Below are positions 36,189 through 45,588 of a DNA stretch of 57,257 nucleotides, in pieces. The stretch is taken from IMG/VR virus record IMGVR_UViG_3300045988_170111, positions 1 to 57,257 of that record; one strand, given 5' to 3'. The position numbers and the translations under genes were made by a program. The notes under the pieces were generated by a model, which saw nothing but the letters and a program-made list of their open reading frames with translations, did not search any database and was not told the origin of the DNA. Origin of the DNA: a virus. Position 1 is the first letter of the stretch, and each line of letters starts with the position of its first letter.

Positions 36189-37424
36189 ATGAAAAAACAT
36201 ATCGTATTTCCGCTCATTCTTTGTATGTGCATGTTCTTGACGAGCTGCGGTGTAAAGATGACCGGAGTAAAAATCCAGAATGTCGGAGAACTGACAACAG
36301 GGGACAGGCAAAGTCTTGTACTTGATTACGAGTTCAATCACGACGGCAGCGACAAAGAAAAGGAAAAAGTTATTGATAAGACACAACTGATTTTTTCCTC
36401 GGACAACATGAGCGTTGCAAATATCGTAGGAGACGGAAAAACAATTTTGGCCGGAACGGGCGGAACGGCAACTATCACAGTAAGGAGTTTGGACGGTACT
36501 ATCCATGATAGTATAAATGTTACGGTTTTGGCTCGACCGAAGGAATTTTCTATTCCTCACGAACTCACATTGACACTTGGTAGTGAAGAAGTTAGCACTA
36601 TCACCCCGACTGTCCAGCCGGAAGATTTTGATTATAGCAGTTGCGAATATTCTTCAAGCAACGAAGGTGTAGTAACGGTTGACCAAGATGGAAACCTTAC
36701 ACCCGTTTCGGCTGGAACCGCCTCGGTATATGCAAAGCTCCCCAAATTAAATATCGAACGAGAGTGCAAGGTAACCGTAATTGCTCCTATTGAGAAAATC
36801 ACTCTCAGCAAAAGTGACGCAAGCATCAATGCTGGCGAAATGGTAAAGTTGAGCTGTACTACCTATCCGGAAACACCCGACACCTCTATCCTGCAATGGT
36901 CTACAAGTGACAGTTCCATAGCGACCGTTGATGCAAGCGGGACCGTTACCGGAGTAGGGAAGGGGATAGCCTTTATCAAAGTAAGTTACAAAGATGTATA
37001 TGCCGTATGTGCAGTAAGCGTGAACAAAAAAGAATCCGAAACAAAAACAGATGGTTCACTGCCGCAGGGAAGCGGAGCACATAATGATTGGTATCGCCAT
37101 GGTGACAGTTCTACATTTGATGCACTGTTGAAGGCAGTAAACAAGTATCGGCAGGATAATGGTATTCCTGCCTTACAAAAAGCAAGCAGTCTTACTGCCG
37201 TAGCCAATCAGCGTGCAGACAGCATGGTAGATGGCTCTAATGCCGCTTCCGGGTACAAAGAACTCCTTGCTCAAAACGGAAGGGCAGCAATCGATGTAGC
37301 ACAGGCATGGTATAATACTGATTATTACAGAAGCCTGATGCTTGATAGCAGTGTTACTACTTGCGGTATTGCAGTTGATTATGATGGCGATGGATGTTCG
37401 ATGTGGGTTATGATACTCTCGTGA
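36189..37424 (+). CDS. surface lipoprotein with Big_2-like Ig repeats and a C-terminal CAP/SCP domain
   Basis: Starts MKKHIVFPLILCMCMFLTSCG (lipobox). Repeated Ig-like segments (e.g. SSNEGVVTVDQDGNLTPVSAGTASVYA and WSTSDSSIATVDASGTVTGVGKGIAFI). C-terminus LKAVNKYRQDNGIPAL...RADSM is CAP-like. Confidence 0.75.
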   Translation: MKKHIVFPLILCMCMFLTSCGVKMTGVKIQNVGELTTGDRQSLVLDYEFNHDGSDKEKEKVIDKTQLIFSSDNMSVANIVGDGKTILAGTGGTATITVRSLDGTIHDSINVTVLARPKEFSIPHELTLTLGSEEVSTITPTVQPEDFDYSSCEYSSSNEGVVTVDQDGNLTPVSAGTASVYAKLPKLNIERECKVTVIAPIEKITLSKSDASINAGEMVKLSCTTYPETPDTSILQWSTSDSSIATVDASGTVTGVGKGIAFIKVSYKDVYAVCAVSVNKKESETKTDGSLPQGSGAHNDWYRHGDSSTFDALLKAVNKYRQDNGIPALQKASSLTAVANQRADSMVDGSNAASGYKELLAQNGRAAIDVAQAWYNTDYYRSLMLDSSVTTCGIAVDYDGDGCSMWVMILS

Positions 37425-37435
37425 CGGAGGAAGCC

Positions 37436-37855
37436 ATGACAAGAAAAACAGCAATGACAGCAAAGGCTAAAAGCACAACAGGCGCGACATCGCAGACTGC
37501 AAAAACAACAAAGGCAACTGCACCAAAGGAAAAAGCAAAAAAGCCGATTCCTCCAAAAGACTCCGTTAATTCACCGGACAAGAAACCATCAGCAGACAAA
37601 AATGCCGATACCAAGTTTCCGGGCTTTCAAAAAAGAAATGTTGCCGGAGAAAATGTATCAGTGAAGAAAATCGGCGAGTTCGGCATGATAGTGATTCACT
37701 ATCCGACCACAAAAATCAGCGACATTTTATTGTCGGTATGGAACGATAGGGGAGAGACTGTGTTTTACAAGAAGGCAGTAAAAGCAGCGCGTATTGCCGG
37801 AGTGCAGGAACAAATCGCCGAGGCTGAGAAACTCTTGCAAACTGCTGCAAAGTAG
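37436..37855 (+). CDS. hypothetical basic protein (K/T/A-rich N-terminus)
   Basis: Starts MTRKTAMTAKAK behind GGAGGAAG. The low-complexity basic N-terminal half suggests nucleic-acid binding. Confidence 0.6.
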   Translation: MTRKTAMTAKAKSTTGATSQTAKTTKATAPKEKAKKPIPPKDSVNSPDKKPSADKNADTKFPGFQKRNVAGENVSVKKIGEFGMIVIHYPTTKISDILLSVWNDRGETVFYKKAVKAARIAGVQEQIAEAEKLLQTAAK

Positions 37856-37862
37856 ATATACT
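37835..37862 (+). promoter_or_regulatory. early promoter cassette PE4
   Basis: TTGCAA-ACTGCTGCAAAGTAGA-TATACT. Overlaps the 3' end and stop of the preceding CDS. Confidence 0.65.
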
Positions 37863-37909
37863 AAAGACATCCAAAAAATAAAACACACAGACAAATATTC
37901 AAAATCGAT

Positions 37910-37947
37910 ATACCGTTATCTCACACGAGATGGCGGTATTTTTGTTT
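37910..37947 (+). terminator. leader terminator after PE4
   Basis: ATACCGTTATCTC-acac-GAGATGGCGGTAT followed by TTTTGTTTG. Confidence 0.7.
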
Positions 37948-38020
37948 GTGTAAGTGTTTTGGATGAAAAGACATTTTTATCCGTGAGTAAATCACACACA
38001 TTCAGCAAAGGAGATTTCAA

Positions 38021-39088
38021 ATGGAAAACAAGATTTGGAACGCAGTCGAAGGCTTTGACCCGAACGATTCTTTGATTTGCTATCGCAAAACTGAGAAGAA
38101 CGCAGATGGTACGGCCCGCCTGATGGATACGCTTTATATGCCGCTCCGCGCTATGCACGAATGGTTTTTGCGTTGCCATCCTGATGGTTCTGTTCTGATT
38201 GACAAGGAGTTTACGAAAGACAACGGCATTCACGCTGTCGTTCGTGCTGTTGTCTCTTATGACGGCCGAGAAGTGTCTGATGGCATCTGTGACGGCTGGA
38301 AGGAAAGTCGTGACGCCAATGGTGTTACGGTTCTTGATAAGAACTATTTGAGCAAGGCAGCCCGTCTCGCTAAACGTTATGCATTGTCCGTTGCCGGTTT
38401 CGGTATGCCGGGTGATGCGAAAGTGACCGATAGAACGCCTATCATCGAAGTTACGTCCGGTGTCAATATGCCCGATGAAAGCATGGGAATTACGATGGAA
38501 GTTCCGATTCCTCCGATTCCCGGTGTTACGATTTCAGCACCCGCTCCGGTTGCCGCGCCTGTACCCGTTCCGGCACCTGCGATTGCATCCAGCAATCCCA
38601 TTACAGACGCTAATGCCAATCTGGCAGCAGCACCTAAGAAACGCGGTCGCAAGCCTAAGGCTATGGTTCCGCCTATCGATGTGCCTACGCCTATTGTTCC
38701 TCCGATGTCCGTTATGGTGGAGGACGAGGACGCCAGTAAACCCGCAGATGTTCCGGCAGTTCAGGAAACTACAGCGGCTCCGGAAGTTCCGGCAGAAACT
38801 AATGAGAATCCTGAACCCCTTGATGGAAATGCGCAGGCGGAACTGCTGGCAAGCGCACAGCCTGAGCCCAGCATGACCTATGAACAGGCGTTGCAGTGTA
38901 CGATTCCTACCGGCAAGTACAGGGATATGACGATTGATGCGGCGCGTCGACTGGACGGCAACAACAAGGTCATTCCTACGTTCTTGAAGGGATGGTACAA
39001 GAACATGCCGATTCAGAAGGCGGCAGCAATTATCGCACGACATGAAGGGCTCGATTATAAAGAGCTCGAAACCATCACAATCGAGTAA
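38021..39088 (+). CDS. possible Rad52/Sak-like single-strand annealing protein
   Basis: 355-aa ORF with an AAAGGAG RBS. The N-terminal domain ends in ...KAARLAKRYALSVAGFG, reminiscent of Rad52-family SSAPs. A Pro/Ala-rich linker and small C-terminal domain follow. Tentative. Confidence 0.4.
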   Translation: MENKIWNAVEGFDPNDSLICYRKTEKNADGTARLMDTLYMPLRAMHEWFLRCHPDGSVLIDKEFTKDNGIHAVVRAVVSYDGREVSDGICDGWKESRDANGVTVLDKNYLSKAARLAKRYALSVAGFGMPGDAKVTDRTPIIEVTSGVNMPDESMGITMEVPIPPIPGVTISAPAPVAAPVPVPAPAIASSNPITDANANLAAAPKKRGRKPKAMVPPIDVPTPIVPPMSVMVEDEDASKPADVPAVQETTAAPEVPAETNENPEPLDGNAQAELLASAQPEPSMTYEQALQCTIPTGKYRDMTIDAARRLDGNNKVIPTFLKGWYKNMPIQKAAAIIARHEGLDYKELETITIE

Positions 39089-39125
39089 GCCGGACAATAG
39101 TCCTCGCTTCTCATAAGGAGGATAT

Positions 39126-40349
39126 ATGTTCGATTATTCTATTTTGGAGGTAGTCCGTCTTTGCGGGTTGGAGACTGTGGGGTCTCCTTCCCGAAAAGGC
39201 GAACAGAAAGTAAAATGCCCGTTCGTAAGCGGAAAAACATTTGATGTAAACGTCACGACTTCTACCTATAAGTGCTGGCACGATTGCACAGGCTGTCCGG
39301 GTAACGGAAAAGGCGGAGTTTTGGCATTGTATCGAATGTTTCACTCGGAATGCGAAACCAATAAGGATGCCGCAAAGCAAATTCATTCAGCTCTTTACGG
39401 TGACCTGAAAACCGGCAGTAAGGATTACGAGGCGCGTAAAGCACAAATTATCAAGCCGCAGAAGGAAGTGCAGAAAACCAAATATGCAAGTCCCGATGAG
39501 ATTGATGGTGTATATCGCGTATTGCTTTCCTTGCTTCCTTTAAAAGAAAAGCATAAAAGCAACCTGTTATCCAGAGGTATGTCGGCAAAGGGTATCGAAG
39601 ATGGTCTGTATCGCAGCATTCCCGAAAACAAAGAGGAAATGTATGCATTGATGCAGAAACTCAATGATATGAACATCAAACTTGATGGCGTTCCCGGTTT
39701 CTACAAGAAAGGCAACAGTTATCGAATCTCCTTGCCGGGATTGTACGATAAAAATACCAAAACATTCTTTTACGGTTCCGGTTTTTTTGTTCCTTCGTTT
39801 GGACGAAACGGAAAGATTTTCTCTATGCAGATTCGTATGGATGATACTTATCTTTCTCGTTTCCCGGCAAAGCAGGCAAAACGCAGACGTTATATTTGGT
39901 TTACGTCTTCCGGTTACGATTCCGGGTGTCAGGCAATCAACCGCGCCACATACGGCGTTGTAGATGGAACGCCACGGAACACCGGTAATGTCGTCTATGT
40001 GACGGAAGGAGCATTGAAGGCACAGGTAGCACATGATATTGACCATAAACATCGTCAGTTCTGTGCTATTTCCGGTATTGCAAACAGTGAAGCGTTTCGC
40101 AAATTCGTAAGAACACAGAAAAAAGCAGGCTGCAAGATTCTTGTTGATGCTTTTGATATGGACCGAAACGAAAAAGATACTGTCAAGAATGCCATTGATA
40201 AGCTTTATGCCATCGCAGAAGAGGAAGGACTTCCGCTTCAACCGTTTGCTTGGGATGAAAGATTCAAAGGCATTGATGATTATCTGCTTCATTGTCGTGA
40301 TGAACGTATCCAGCAACAAATCATTATGGAAATCTGCAAAACAGCGTAA
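39126..40349 (+). CDS. DNA primase (zinc finger plus Toprim)
   Basis: N-terminal Cys/His cluster CPFVSGK...CWHDCTGC. Toprim-like YVTEGALKA and DAFDMDRNEKD. TAAGGAGG RBS. Confidence 0.75.
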   Translation: MFDYSILEVVRLCGLETVGSPSRKGEQKVKCPFVSGKTFDVNVTTSTYKCWHDCTGCPGNGKGGVLALYRMFHSECETNKDAAKQIHSALYGDLKTGSKDYEARKAQIIKPQKEVQKTKYASPDEIDGVYRVLLSLLPLKEKHKSNLLSRGMSAKGIEDGLYRSIPENKEEMYALMQKLNDMNIKLDGVPGFYKKGNSYRISLPGLYDKNTKTFFYGSGFFVPSFGRNGKIFSMQIRMDDTYLSRFPAKQAKRRRYIWFTSSGYDSGCQAINRATYGVVDGTPRNTGNVVYVTEGALKAQVAHDIDHKHRQFCAISGIANSEAFRKFVRTQKKAGCKILVDAFDMDRNEKDTVKNAIDKLYAIAEEEGLPLQPFAWDERFKGIDDYLLHCRDERIQQQIIMEICKTA

Positions 40350-40364
40350 AACAAGGGCGTGTAT

Positions 40365-40400
40365 CTTCGGATACATGCCCTTTTTCTTTTGCTTTTCGCT
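40365..40400 (+). terminator. intrinsic terminator after the primase gene
   Basis: GGGCGTGTATC-ttcg-GATACATGCCC followed by TTTTTCTTTT. Confidence 0.8.
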
Positions 40401-40416
40401 GCAAAGTTCCTACAAT
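40389..40416 (+). promoter_or_regulatory. early promoter cassette PE5 (no leader terminator)
   Basis: TTGCTT-TTCGCTGCAAAGTTCC-TACAAT. Short leader AAAAGTATAAGAACC runs straight into the RBS. Confidence 0.65.
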
Positions 40417-40450
40417 AAAAGTATAAGAACCGATTCTGGAGGAAACTTCA

Positions 40451-41608
40451 TTGATACACTTAACTTTAACCCAAAAAATCAAGGAAAAACTAAAAGAAGC
40501 ACAGTCGTTTATCGCAAAGGCAGAACGCGGTACGTTTTCTAATGGAACTTGTATTTCCGATTACATCAAATTGGATATTTTAGATAACTGCATCAATGTG
40601 ACTGTTACGAATGGAGCAACACAATTTTTTGAATCTACGATTGAGTGCGGTGAGGCTGCCGGAAGCGGAGAAGTAATTGTAGAGAGCCGGATGCTGTTTT
40701 CCATCATTGGCAAGCGAGGAGATATTATCCTTGAACGCAAAGATAATAATAGCCCGCTTACATTTATTTCAAAAAATTCAATTATTGAAATCGAAAACGC
40801 CAATATAACCTTTCCAATGATTCCTGATTTTGATAATGATGCGAAAGTCGCGACATTGCCGATAGGGAAACTCGCCGAAGGATTTGCCAAAGTCAACTAT
40901 GCGGTGTATAAGGGTGATAATCCATCACTTTTGCTGTATTCCGGCGTAAAAGTTACATCCAAGGATGGTGTGATGACATTCATTGCCACAGATGGTTCGC
41001 GTATCGTGTGCGCTAATGTTCCGGCAGATACAACAAAGAAAAATAGCGAAATAGTGATTCCGCAATGGTTATCTGGATTTATCTGTTCAAATCCATGGGA
41101 TAACCCTGAATCGCAGGCGCTTATTACTTATGACCAAAACCATATCTCTGTTACAGTTGGAGCATTAAGCATCGTGTCGTGCCGTTATCTCGGTCAATTC
41201 AGTGACATGACACAGGTAATATCAGAAAAGCGTTGGTGGATATCAGTTTCTGCGGACGATTTGAAAGAAGTCATTCAAGAGATTCTTACACTGCTTCCAT
41301 CAAGAATATCACAGGCAAAAAAGACAATTTTTGAGCTGGAAGAAAACGCTTTATGCATTAGAACAACACAGAATATTGGTACAATAAGGGCAAGAGTCCC
41401 ATGTACATTCAAAGATGAAGATATCCCGGAAGAATATATCAACGCTTATAATCCCGCATTCCTGCTTGAATCCATCAATGCACTTCCCAAAACAACCAAC
41501 AAATTGATTCTTGGATTCAGTGAACGTGGAAAGCCAATGGCTATCATGTCTTACGATGACCCAGACTGTCTTTGCCTGATTGCAGCTGTCCGATTCCGTG
41601 ATTGCTAA
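40451..41608 (+). CDS. dnaN: DNA polymerase III beta sliding clamp homologue
   Basis: 385-aa ORF with a TTG start behind GGAGG. IATDGSRIV resembles the clamp ATDGHRL motif, and length fits a three-domain clamp. Confidence 0.7.
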   Translation: MIHLTLTQKIKEKLKEAQSFIAKAERGTFSNGTCISDYIKLDILDNCINVTVTNGATQFFESTIECGEAAGSGEVIVESRMLFSIIGKRGDIILERKDNNSPLTFISKNSIIEIENANITFPMIPDFDNDAKVATLPIGKLAEGFAKVNYAVYKGDNPSLLLYSGVKVTSKDGVMTFIATDGSRIVCANVPADTTKKNSEIVIPQWLSGFICSNPWDNPESQALITYDQNHISVTVGALSIVSCRYLGQFSDMTQVISEKRWWISVSADDLKEVIQEILTLLPSRISQAKKTIFELEENALCIRTTQNIGTIRARVPCTFKDEDIPEEYINAYNPAFLLESINALPKTTNKLILGFSERGKPMAIMSYDDPDCLCLIAAVRFRDC

Positions 41609-41615
41609 CTACATA

Positions 41616-41643
41616 TTGCATTTTGCTGCAAAGTAGATAAAAT
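41616..41643 (+). promoter_or_regulatory. early promoter cassette PE6
   Basis: TTGCAT-TTTGCTGCAAAGTAGA-TAAAAT. Confidence 0.7.
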
Positions 41644-41687
41644 CGAAGTATAACAGAAATAAAAAACGAATAACCGATTCGCAATGT

Positions 41688-41745
41688 CAGCAGAGTATTC
41701 TGTCTTTGAAAATAAATCAAAGATAGGTACTCTGCTGTTTTATTT
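41688..41745 (+). terminator. leader terminator after PE6
   Basis: CAGCAGAGTA...TACTCTGCTG, a 10-bp outer stem with inner TCTTTG/CAAAGA pairing, followed by TTTTATTTC. Confidence 0.65.
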
Positions 41746-41772
41746 CTGTCAAACAAAAAAAGGAGAAATTTT

Positions 41773-42786
41773 ATGGCAAAGGATATGAAAGTTAAAGATT
41801 ATGTTGCTCAAATGCAGAGTGGACGCAGTTTTGTAAAGGCAAAGATGGACAGCGCCGGAATCGGTAAGGTTCATCTGAGTTTCGTTGAACACAGTGGCCG
41901 ACCGAAATGCGAACAGGTAGCTGCCATTGAGGGTTATCTGAATTTCGAAGGCGCAGGCAGCGTTTCTCAGCTTTATTATCTCGTGATGTCTCGCGACATC
42001 CGAAAGAAGTATGCAAACAGCGTAAAGACTGCTCGCGAGACTGGTTCCAAGTATCCCAATGCTATTTGGGATAGCAATGGTGGCAGTTCCGAGAAACGCG
42101 ACGCCAATGGAAACGTCATCAAACCGTGCCGTTATTACGCTGTTCAGGTTTCTCCCGGCAGCAAGAGCGATATCGTTCTTCAGGTCATGGAGGGCGAAGG
42201 CGAGGTTACGGAGACTGGCGGTTATATGCTGAAAAAAGGTGCAACTGTAAAGCGCATCAATGTCCCGTTCACATTCCTTGATTTCTGCGCTTTCGTCGTG
42301 GATATCCATGACGCAGTAGCCGCATACAAGAGTGTGCATGCTCAGCTTGGCTATACGGGTTCCGAAATCAATGAGTTCACTCCGTATAAGCCGCGCAATG
42401 TTGTGCAGCAGGAACCGATGAATGCCACCGCAACTATGCCTCAGGCTATGCCGCAGACATCCGTTCCTGCACCTGTTGCCACGCAGCAGAATGCTGAAAA
42501 GCTGTCCGTTGTCTTCGTTATGTACGACAGTCTCGGCAAAACGATGCAGGTCACGGATTCCGCACAGAATGTCATGACGATGTTTGGTAAGATGCGCAAG
42601 GCACTGTATAAGAATACGCCTGAGCATTACGCGCTCGTCAATGACAAGTATACCCTTGAAGCAGTTCAGAGCGCTCTTTATTCCGGCGCACCGACTATTC
42701 CTACCTGTCGTTTCCTCTCTGAAAAGCAGGACAAGGAATGCTATGTCTGCGTTCGCCGCGTGGAGGTAACTCGTTATGAGTCCTAA
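41773..42786 (+). CDS. hypothetical protein
   Basis: 337-aa ORF with an AAAGGAG RBS, between the clamp and RNase H genes. Confidence 0.7.
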   Translation: MAKDMKVKDYVAQMQSGRSFVKAKMDSAGIGKVHLSFVEHSGRPKCEQVAAIEGYLNFEGAGSVSQLYYLVMSRDIRKKYANSVKTARETGSKYPNAIWDSNGGSSEKRDANGNVIKPCRYYAVQVSPGSKSDIVLQVMEGEGEVTETGGYMLKKGATVKRINVPFTFLDFCAFVVDIHDAVAAYKSVHAQLGYTGSEINEFTPYKPRNVVQQEPMNATATMPQAMPQTSVPAPVATQQNAEKLSVVFVMYDSLGKTMQVTDSAQNVMTMFGKMRKALYKNTPEHYALVNDKYTLEAVQSALYSGAPTIPTCRFLSEKQDKECYVCVRRVEVTRYES

Positions 42787-43243
42787 CCTGCAGCGTAACG
42801 ATTATGTCATCTATACGGATGCAAGTTATCGAAATGATAAGAGCGGAAGTAATGCTGGCATTGCTTTCCTTATCTATAATTTTGAGATGAAGCTCGTAGA
42901 TGCTCAGTGTAAGCATGTATCTGTATCCTGTGTTCAGGAAGCAGAAGCGAAAGCAGTTGAGTTTGCACTTCAAAATCTTCCAGCAGACGCCAAACGAGTA
43001 AAGGTCCTGAATGACAACGGTCCCGTTGTTGATGGAATTACCGGGTATAGCGCAATTCCTGACGGCGCGTATGGAACAGTTTACTCTATTCGCAAATTCA
43101 TTGACCGTCTTGCCTGCAAGATTGCAACGATTCAGATTCCGCGTGAATCCAATATCCTTGCTGATTCTCTCTCGAATTATGCTTTGGATTGGCCGAACGA
43201 TACCGGAATTAGCTGCATTGAACATCTAAACACGACCACTTAA
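42776..43243 (+). CDS. rnhA: RNase H-like nuclease
   Basis: VIYTDASY, EAEAKAVEFAL and SNILADSLSNYA place D-E-D-D-type residues in RNase HI order. 155 aa. Confidence 0.7.
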   Translation: MSPNLQRNDYVIYTDASYRNDKSGSNAGIAFLIYNFEMKLVDAQCKHVSVSCVQEAEAKAVEFALQNLPADAKRVKVLNDNGPVVDGITGYSAIPDGAYGTVYSIRKFIDRLACKIATIQIPRESNILADSLSNYALDWPNDTGISCIEHLNTTT

Positions 43244-43247
43244 ATTT

Positions 43248-43279
43248 ATGGCCGCTCCTCGTGAGCGGTCATTTTTTCT
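43248..43279 (+). terminator. intrinsic terminator
   Basis: ATGGCCGCTC-ctcgt-GAGCGGTCAT followed by TTTTTCTT. Confidence 0.75.
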
Positions 43280-43306
43280 TGCATTTTGCTGCAAAGTTAA
43301 TAGAAT
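43279..43306 (+). promoter_or_regulatory. early promoter cassette PE7
   Basis: TTGCAT-TTTGCTGCAAAGTTAA-TAGAAT. Confidence 0.7.
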
Positions 43307-43323
43307 ATGCTTATATGATAAAT

Positions 43324-43382
43324 AAATGCGCTTGTCGGAATCTGTGTTTTTGAATGGATACCCTCAGGCGCATTTGTTTTTT
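43324..43382 (+). terminator. leader terminator after PE7 (large loop)
   Basis: AAATGCGC...GCGCATTT, an 8-bp stem with a 36-nt loop, followed by GTTTTTTAT. Weaker than the other leader terminators. Confidence 0.4.
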
Positions 43383-43402
43383 ATGAAAAGGGGGTGAAAG
43401 TT

Positions 43403-43702
43403 ATGGATTTGTCCAGTATCGGCACATCTATCGGCCAGTATATTCGTCAGGGCATTGATTTTATTCTGAATGTCAATAATCTGCCCATCACTATCGGTAT
43501 GGTCCTTATCTTCTGTATCGTTATGTTCGTTATGAAGGGTACGAAGCATATTGTTGATTCTGCGTTTTTCTTGGTGTTGGCATTCTTTGTGATTTCCTGT
43601 CTGTGCGGAGAATTTGGCATAGAGTTGGATGTCGCAAGCGTTATCCATCAGTTTATCCAGTTTATCCTGAATGTTTTCGGCGGCATTGATTTGCTGCACT
43701 AA
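43403..43702 (+). CDS. small multi-pass membrane protein
   Basis: About 100 aa from MDLSSIG behind AAGGGGGTGA. Two to three hydrophobic helices. Confidence 0.65.
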   Translation: MDLSSIGTSIGQYIRQGIDFILNVNNLPITIGMVLIFCIVMFVMKGTKHIVDSAFFLVLAFFVISCLCGEFGIELDVASVIHQFIQFILNVFGGIDLLH

Positions 43703-43711
43703 AAGAGAGAT

Positions 43712-43740
43712 AGCCCCCTCGTAAAGAGGGGGCTTTTTTG
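43712..43740 (+). terminator. intra-operon terminator
   Basis: AGCCCCCTC-gtaaa-GAGGGGGCT followed by TTTTTG. Lies 8 nt before the signal peptidase ATG. Confidence 0.8.
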
Positions 43741-43748
43741 GTGTTATT

Positions 43749-44309
43749 ATGAGAAAAATATTTGACAAATTTGAAAGAATTGACCCATTCATCAAGATGG
43801 CGATGGAGTGTCTTGCTATCTTTATCGCACTTTGCGTTCTTATGCAAGTAGTGCTTTATGAGGCAATCATTCCTTCTGGTTCTATGTACCCGACAATAGC
43901 TTACCCATCGCTTAATTTCGGATATCGATTAGCATATAAAATCAGTGAACCGCAAAGAGGGGATATTGTTTACTTCAAAAGAGACACAGACAATGTAGCC
44001 GAACAACAAGTCTACATTAAACGAATCATTGGCGTTCCCGGTGATGTTGTTGAAGAAAAAGACGGAGTGTTTTATTTAAACGGAGAAGTATTGAAAGAAG
44101 ATTATTTGAACGAAGAACCAGAAAAGTTAAACTTTGGACCGTTCAATGTGCCTGATGGGTGTTATTTCATGATGGGTGACAACAGAAATCATTCCTATGA
44201 TTCGAGATATTGGGATGAACATTATGTTCCTATCGAAAATATTATTGCCAAACATATTATTTGCTTGGGGTCTGCAGAACTGCAAGAATCGCTCGATAAG
44301 TCATCTTGA
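43749..44309 (+). CDS. lepB: type I signal peptidase (S26)
   Basis: IPSGSMYPTI (Ser box), YIKRIIGVPGD (Lys box) and GDNRNHSYDSRYW. N-terminal TM helix. Confidence 0.9.
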   Translation: MRKIFDKFERIDPFIKMAMECLAIFIALCVLMQVVLYEAIIPSGSMYPTIAYPSLNFGYRLAYKISEPQRGDIVYFKRDTDNVAEQQVYIKRIIGVPGDVVEEKDGVFYLNGEVLKEDYLNEEPEKLNFGPFNVPDGCYFMMGDNRNHSYDSRYWDEHYVPIENIIAKHIICLGSAELQESLDKSS

Positions 44310-44334
44310 CCATTGCTGCAAAGTGTTTATACTG
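44307..44334 (+). promoter_or_regulatory. early promoter cassette PE8
   Basis: TTGACC-ATTGCTGCAAAGTGTT-TATACT. The -35 overlaps the lepB stop. Confidence 0.7.
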
Positions 44335-44380
44335 AAAGCATAAGAAAAATCACAACAACAAATCAATCATAATGCTTTTA

Positions 44381-44420
44381 TCGCCTATCCCTATCGAAAA
44401 GGGATAGGCGATTTTTTGTT
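44381..44420 (+). terminator. leader terminator after PE8
   Basis: ATCGCCTATCCCT-atcgaaa-AGGGATAGGCGAT, a 13-bp stem followed by TTTTTTGTT. Confidence 0.85.
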
Positions 44421-44441
44421 GCCTATAAGGAGGAAAATAAA

Positions 44442-44657
44442 ATGTACAAATGTCCGTATTGTGGCTCAAAGCGTGTTTTTCGATATATCCATGATTGTGA
44501 TTGGGGTGGGGGAGAAAATTACTATCCCTTAAACCCCGTAGAAGGCACAAATATTTACAACAAATCCGACTTGGATGACCCTACACCGCCCGACATTGAT
44601 ATCTGTCATTGCCGGTATTGCGATATGTTTTTCGAGCCAACCAAAGCGGAAATGTGA
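44442..44657 (+). CDS. zinc-ribbon protein
   Basis: 71-aa ORF with CPYCGS...CHCRYC. TAAGGAGG RBS. Confidence 0.7.
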   Translation: MYKCPYCGSKRVFRYIHDCDWGGGENYYPLNPVEGTNIYNKSDLDDPTPPDIDICHCRYCDMFFEPTKAEM

Positions 44658-44670
44658 AAGGAGAAATAAT

Positions 44671-44973
44671 ATGGCAAAGTGTCAGTGTGGCCGCGAAATG
44701 CTCAAGGCAAATGGCTGCAGATTCAAACGCATTGTTGTTCATGGCAAAAACACAAAGTCTTATGACCGCATCAAGGTTGGCGACCCCGGTGACTGGTACG
44801 AAGAGTATGTAGGGACTCCGGAGGAAAAGAATATCCGCTGCGGCGATTGCGGAGCAAAAATCGGCTTCTATCATCACGCGAATTGCGATAACGAGAGATG
44901 TCCGATTTGTGGCGGCCAGCTTTTAAGCTGCAGCTGTTTTGATGTTTCTGAGTCCGTCGAGTGGAGCGTTTAA
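44671..44973 (+). CDS. Cys-rich zinc-binding protein
   Basis: 100 aa from MAKCQCGREM behind AAAGGAG. Carries CGDCG and CPICGG...CSC motifs. Confidence 0.7.
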   Translation: MAKCQCGREMLKANGCRFKRIVVHGKNTKSYDRIKVGDPGDWYEEYVGTPEEKNIRCGDCGAKIGFYHHANCDNERCPICGGQLLSCSCFDVSESVEWSV

Positions 44974-45006
44974 TGCAAATCAAAAAATAACGAGGAGGTG
45001 TTGATT

Positions 45007-45588
45007 ATGATGCAAAAAGAGTTCGAGGAGCTCACCGGTGTCATCGTCAGCAACAGCGAATATGCTTCGATAGAAAAGGAGTATATGAGCTGCGAAGACG
45101 AAAAAAGAATCTTCTGTAAAAAGTGGGTTAAGAACGGTGGTGCTGCCATGCTTGCAAAGAATCGGCTCGCAGAAATCGAAAGATTGAACGCGCAGGTTCT
45201 TGCGTTGAAAAATGAAGCGTCCGCCCTTCGAGAAAAACTCGACAAAGCACAGAAATGGAATCTTGTGGTCGATAGCAAAAAAAACCAAACAGAGTACGAA
45301 GAAATTGAACGGGATGCATCATCCGGCATCGGTCGTTTTCTTACGGACAAAGAAGCCATTCAGGTAATTGCTGATGAAACAGGCTTTGATAAAGACAAGG
45401 TTATCATTCGCCATAGCGTTTCTGCGTATGAGGTGAGTAATTCCGGAGAGACGAGGAATACGAAACAGATTCCCAGAGAACCCATTTATGTTTCCAGCGA
45501 CTATATGTACATCCGATTCGCCGTAAAGTGCGGTGCATGGTTGGACGAGTATGAGTACATCGATGATGACTTTTCTCGTATCGACTAA
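45007..45588 (+). CDS. hypothetical protein
   Basis: ATG 8 nt after GGAGG. Coiled-coil centre. Confidence 0.7.
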   Translation: MMQKEFEELTGVIVSNSEYASIEKEYMSCEDEKRIFCKKWVKNGGAAMLAKNRLAEIERLNAQVLALKNEASALREKLDKAQKWNLVVDSKKNQTEYEEIERDASSGIGRFLTDKEAIQVIADETGFDKDKVIIRHSVSAYEVSNSGETRNTKQIPREPIYVSSDYMYIRFAVKCGAWLDEYEYIDDDFSRID

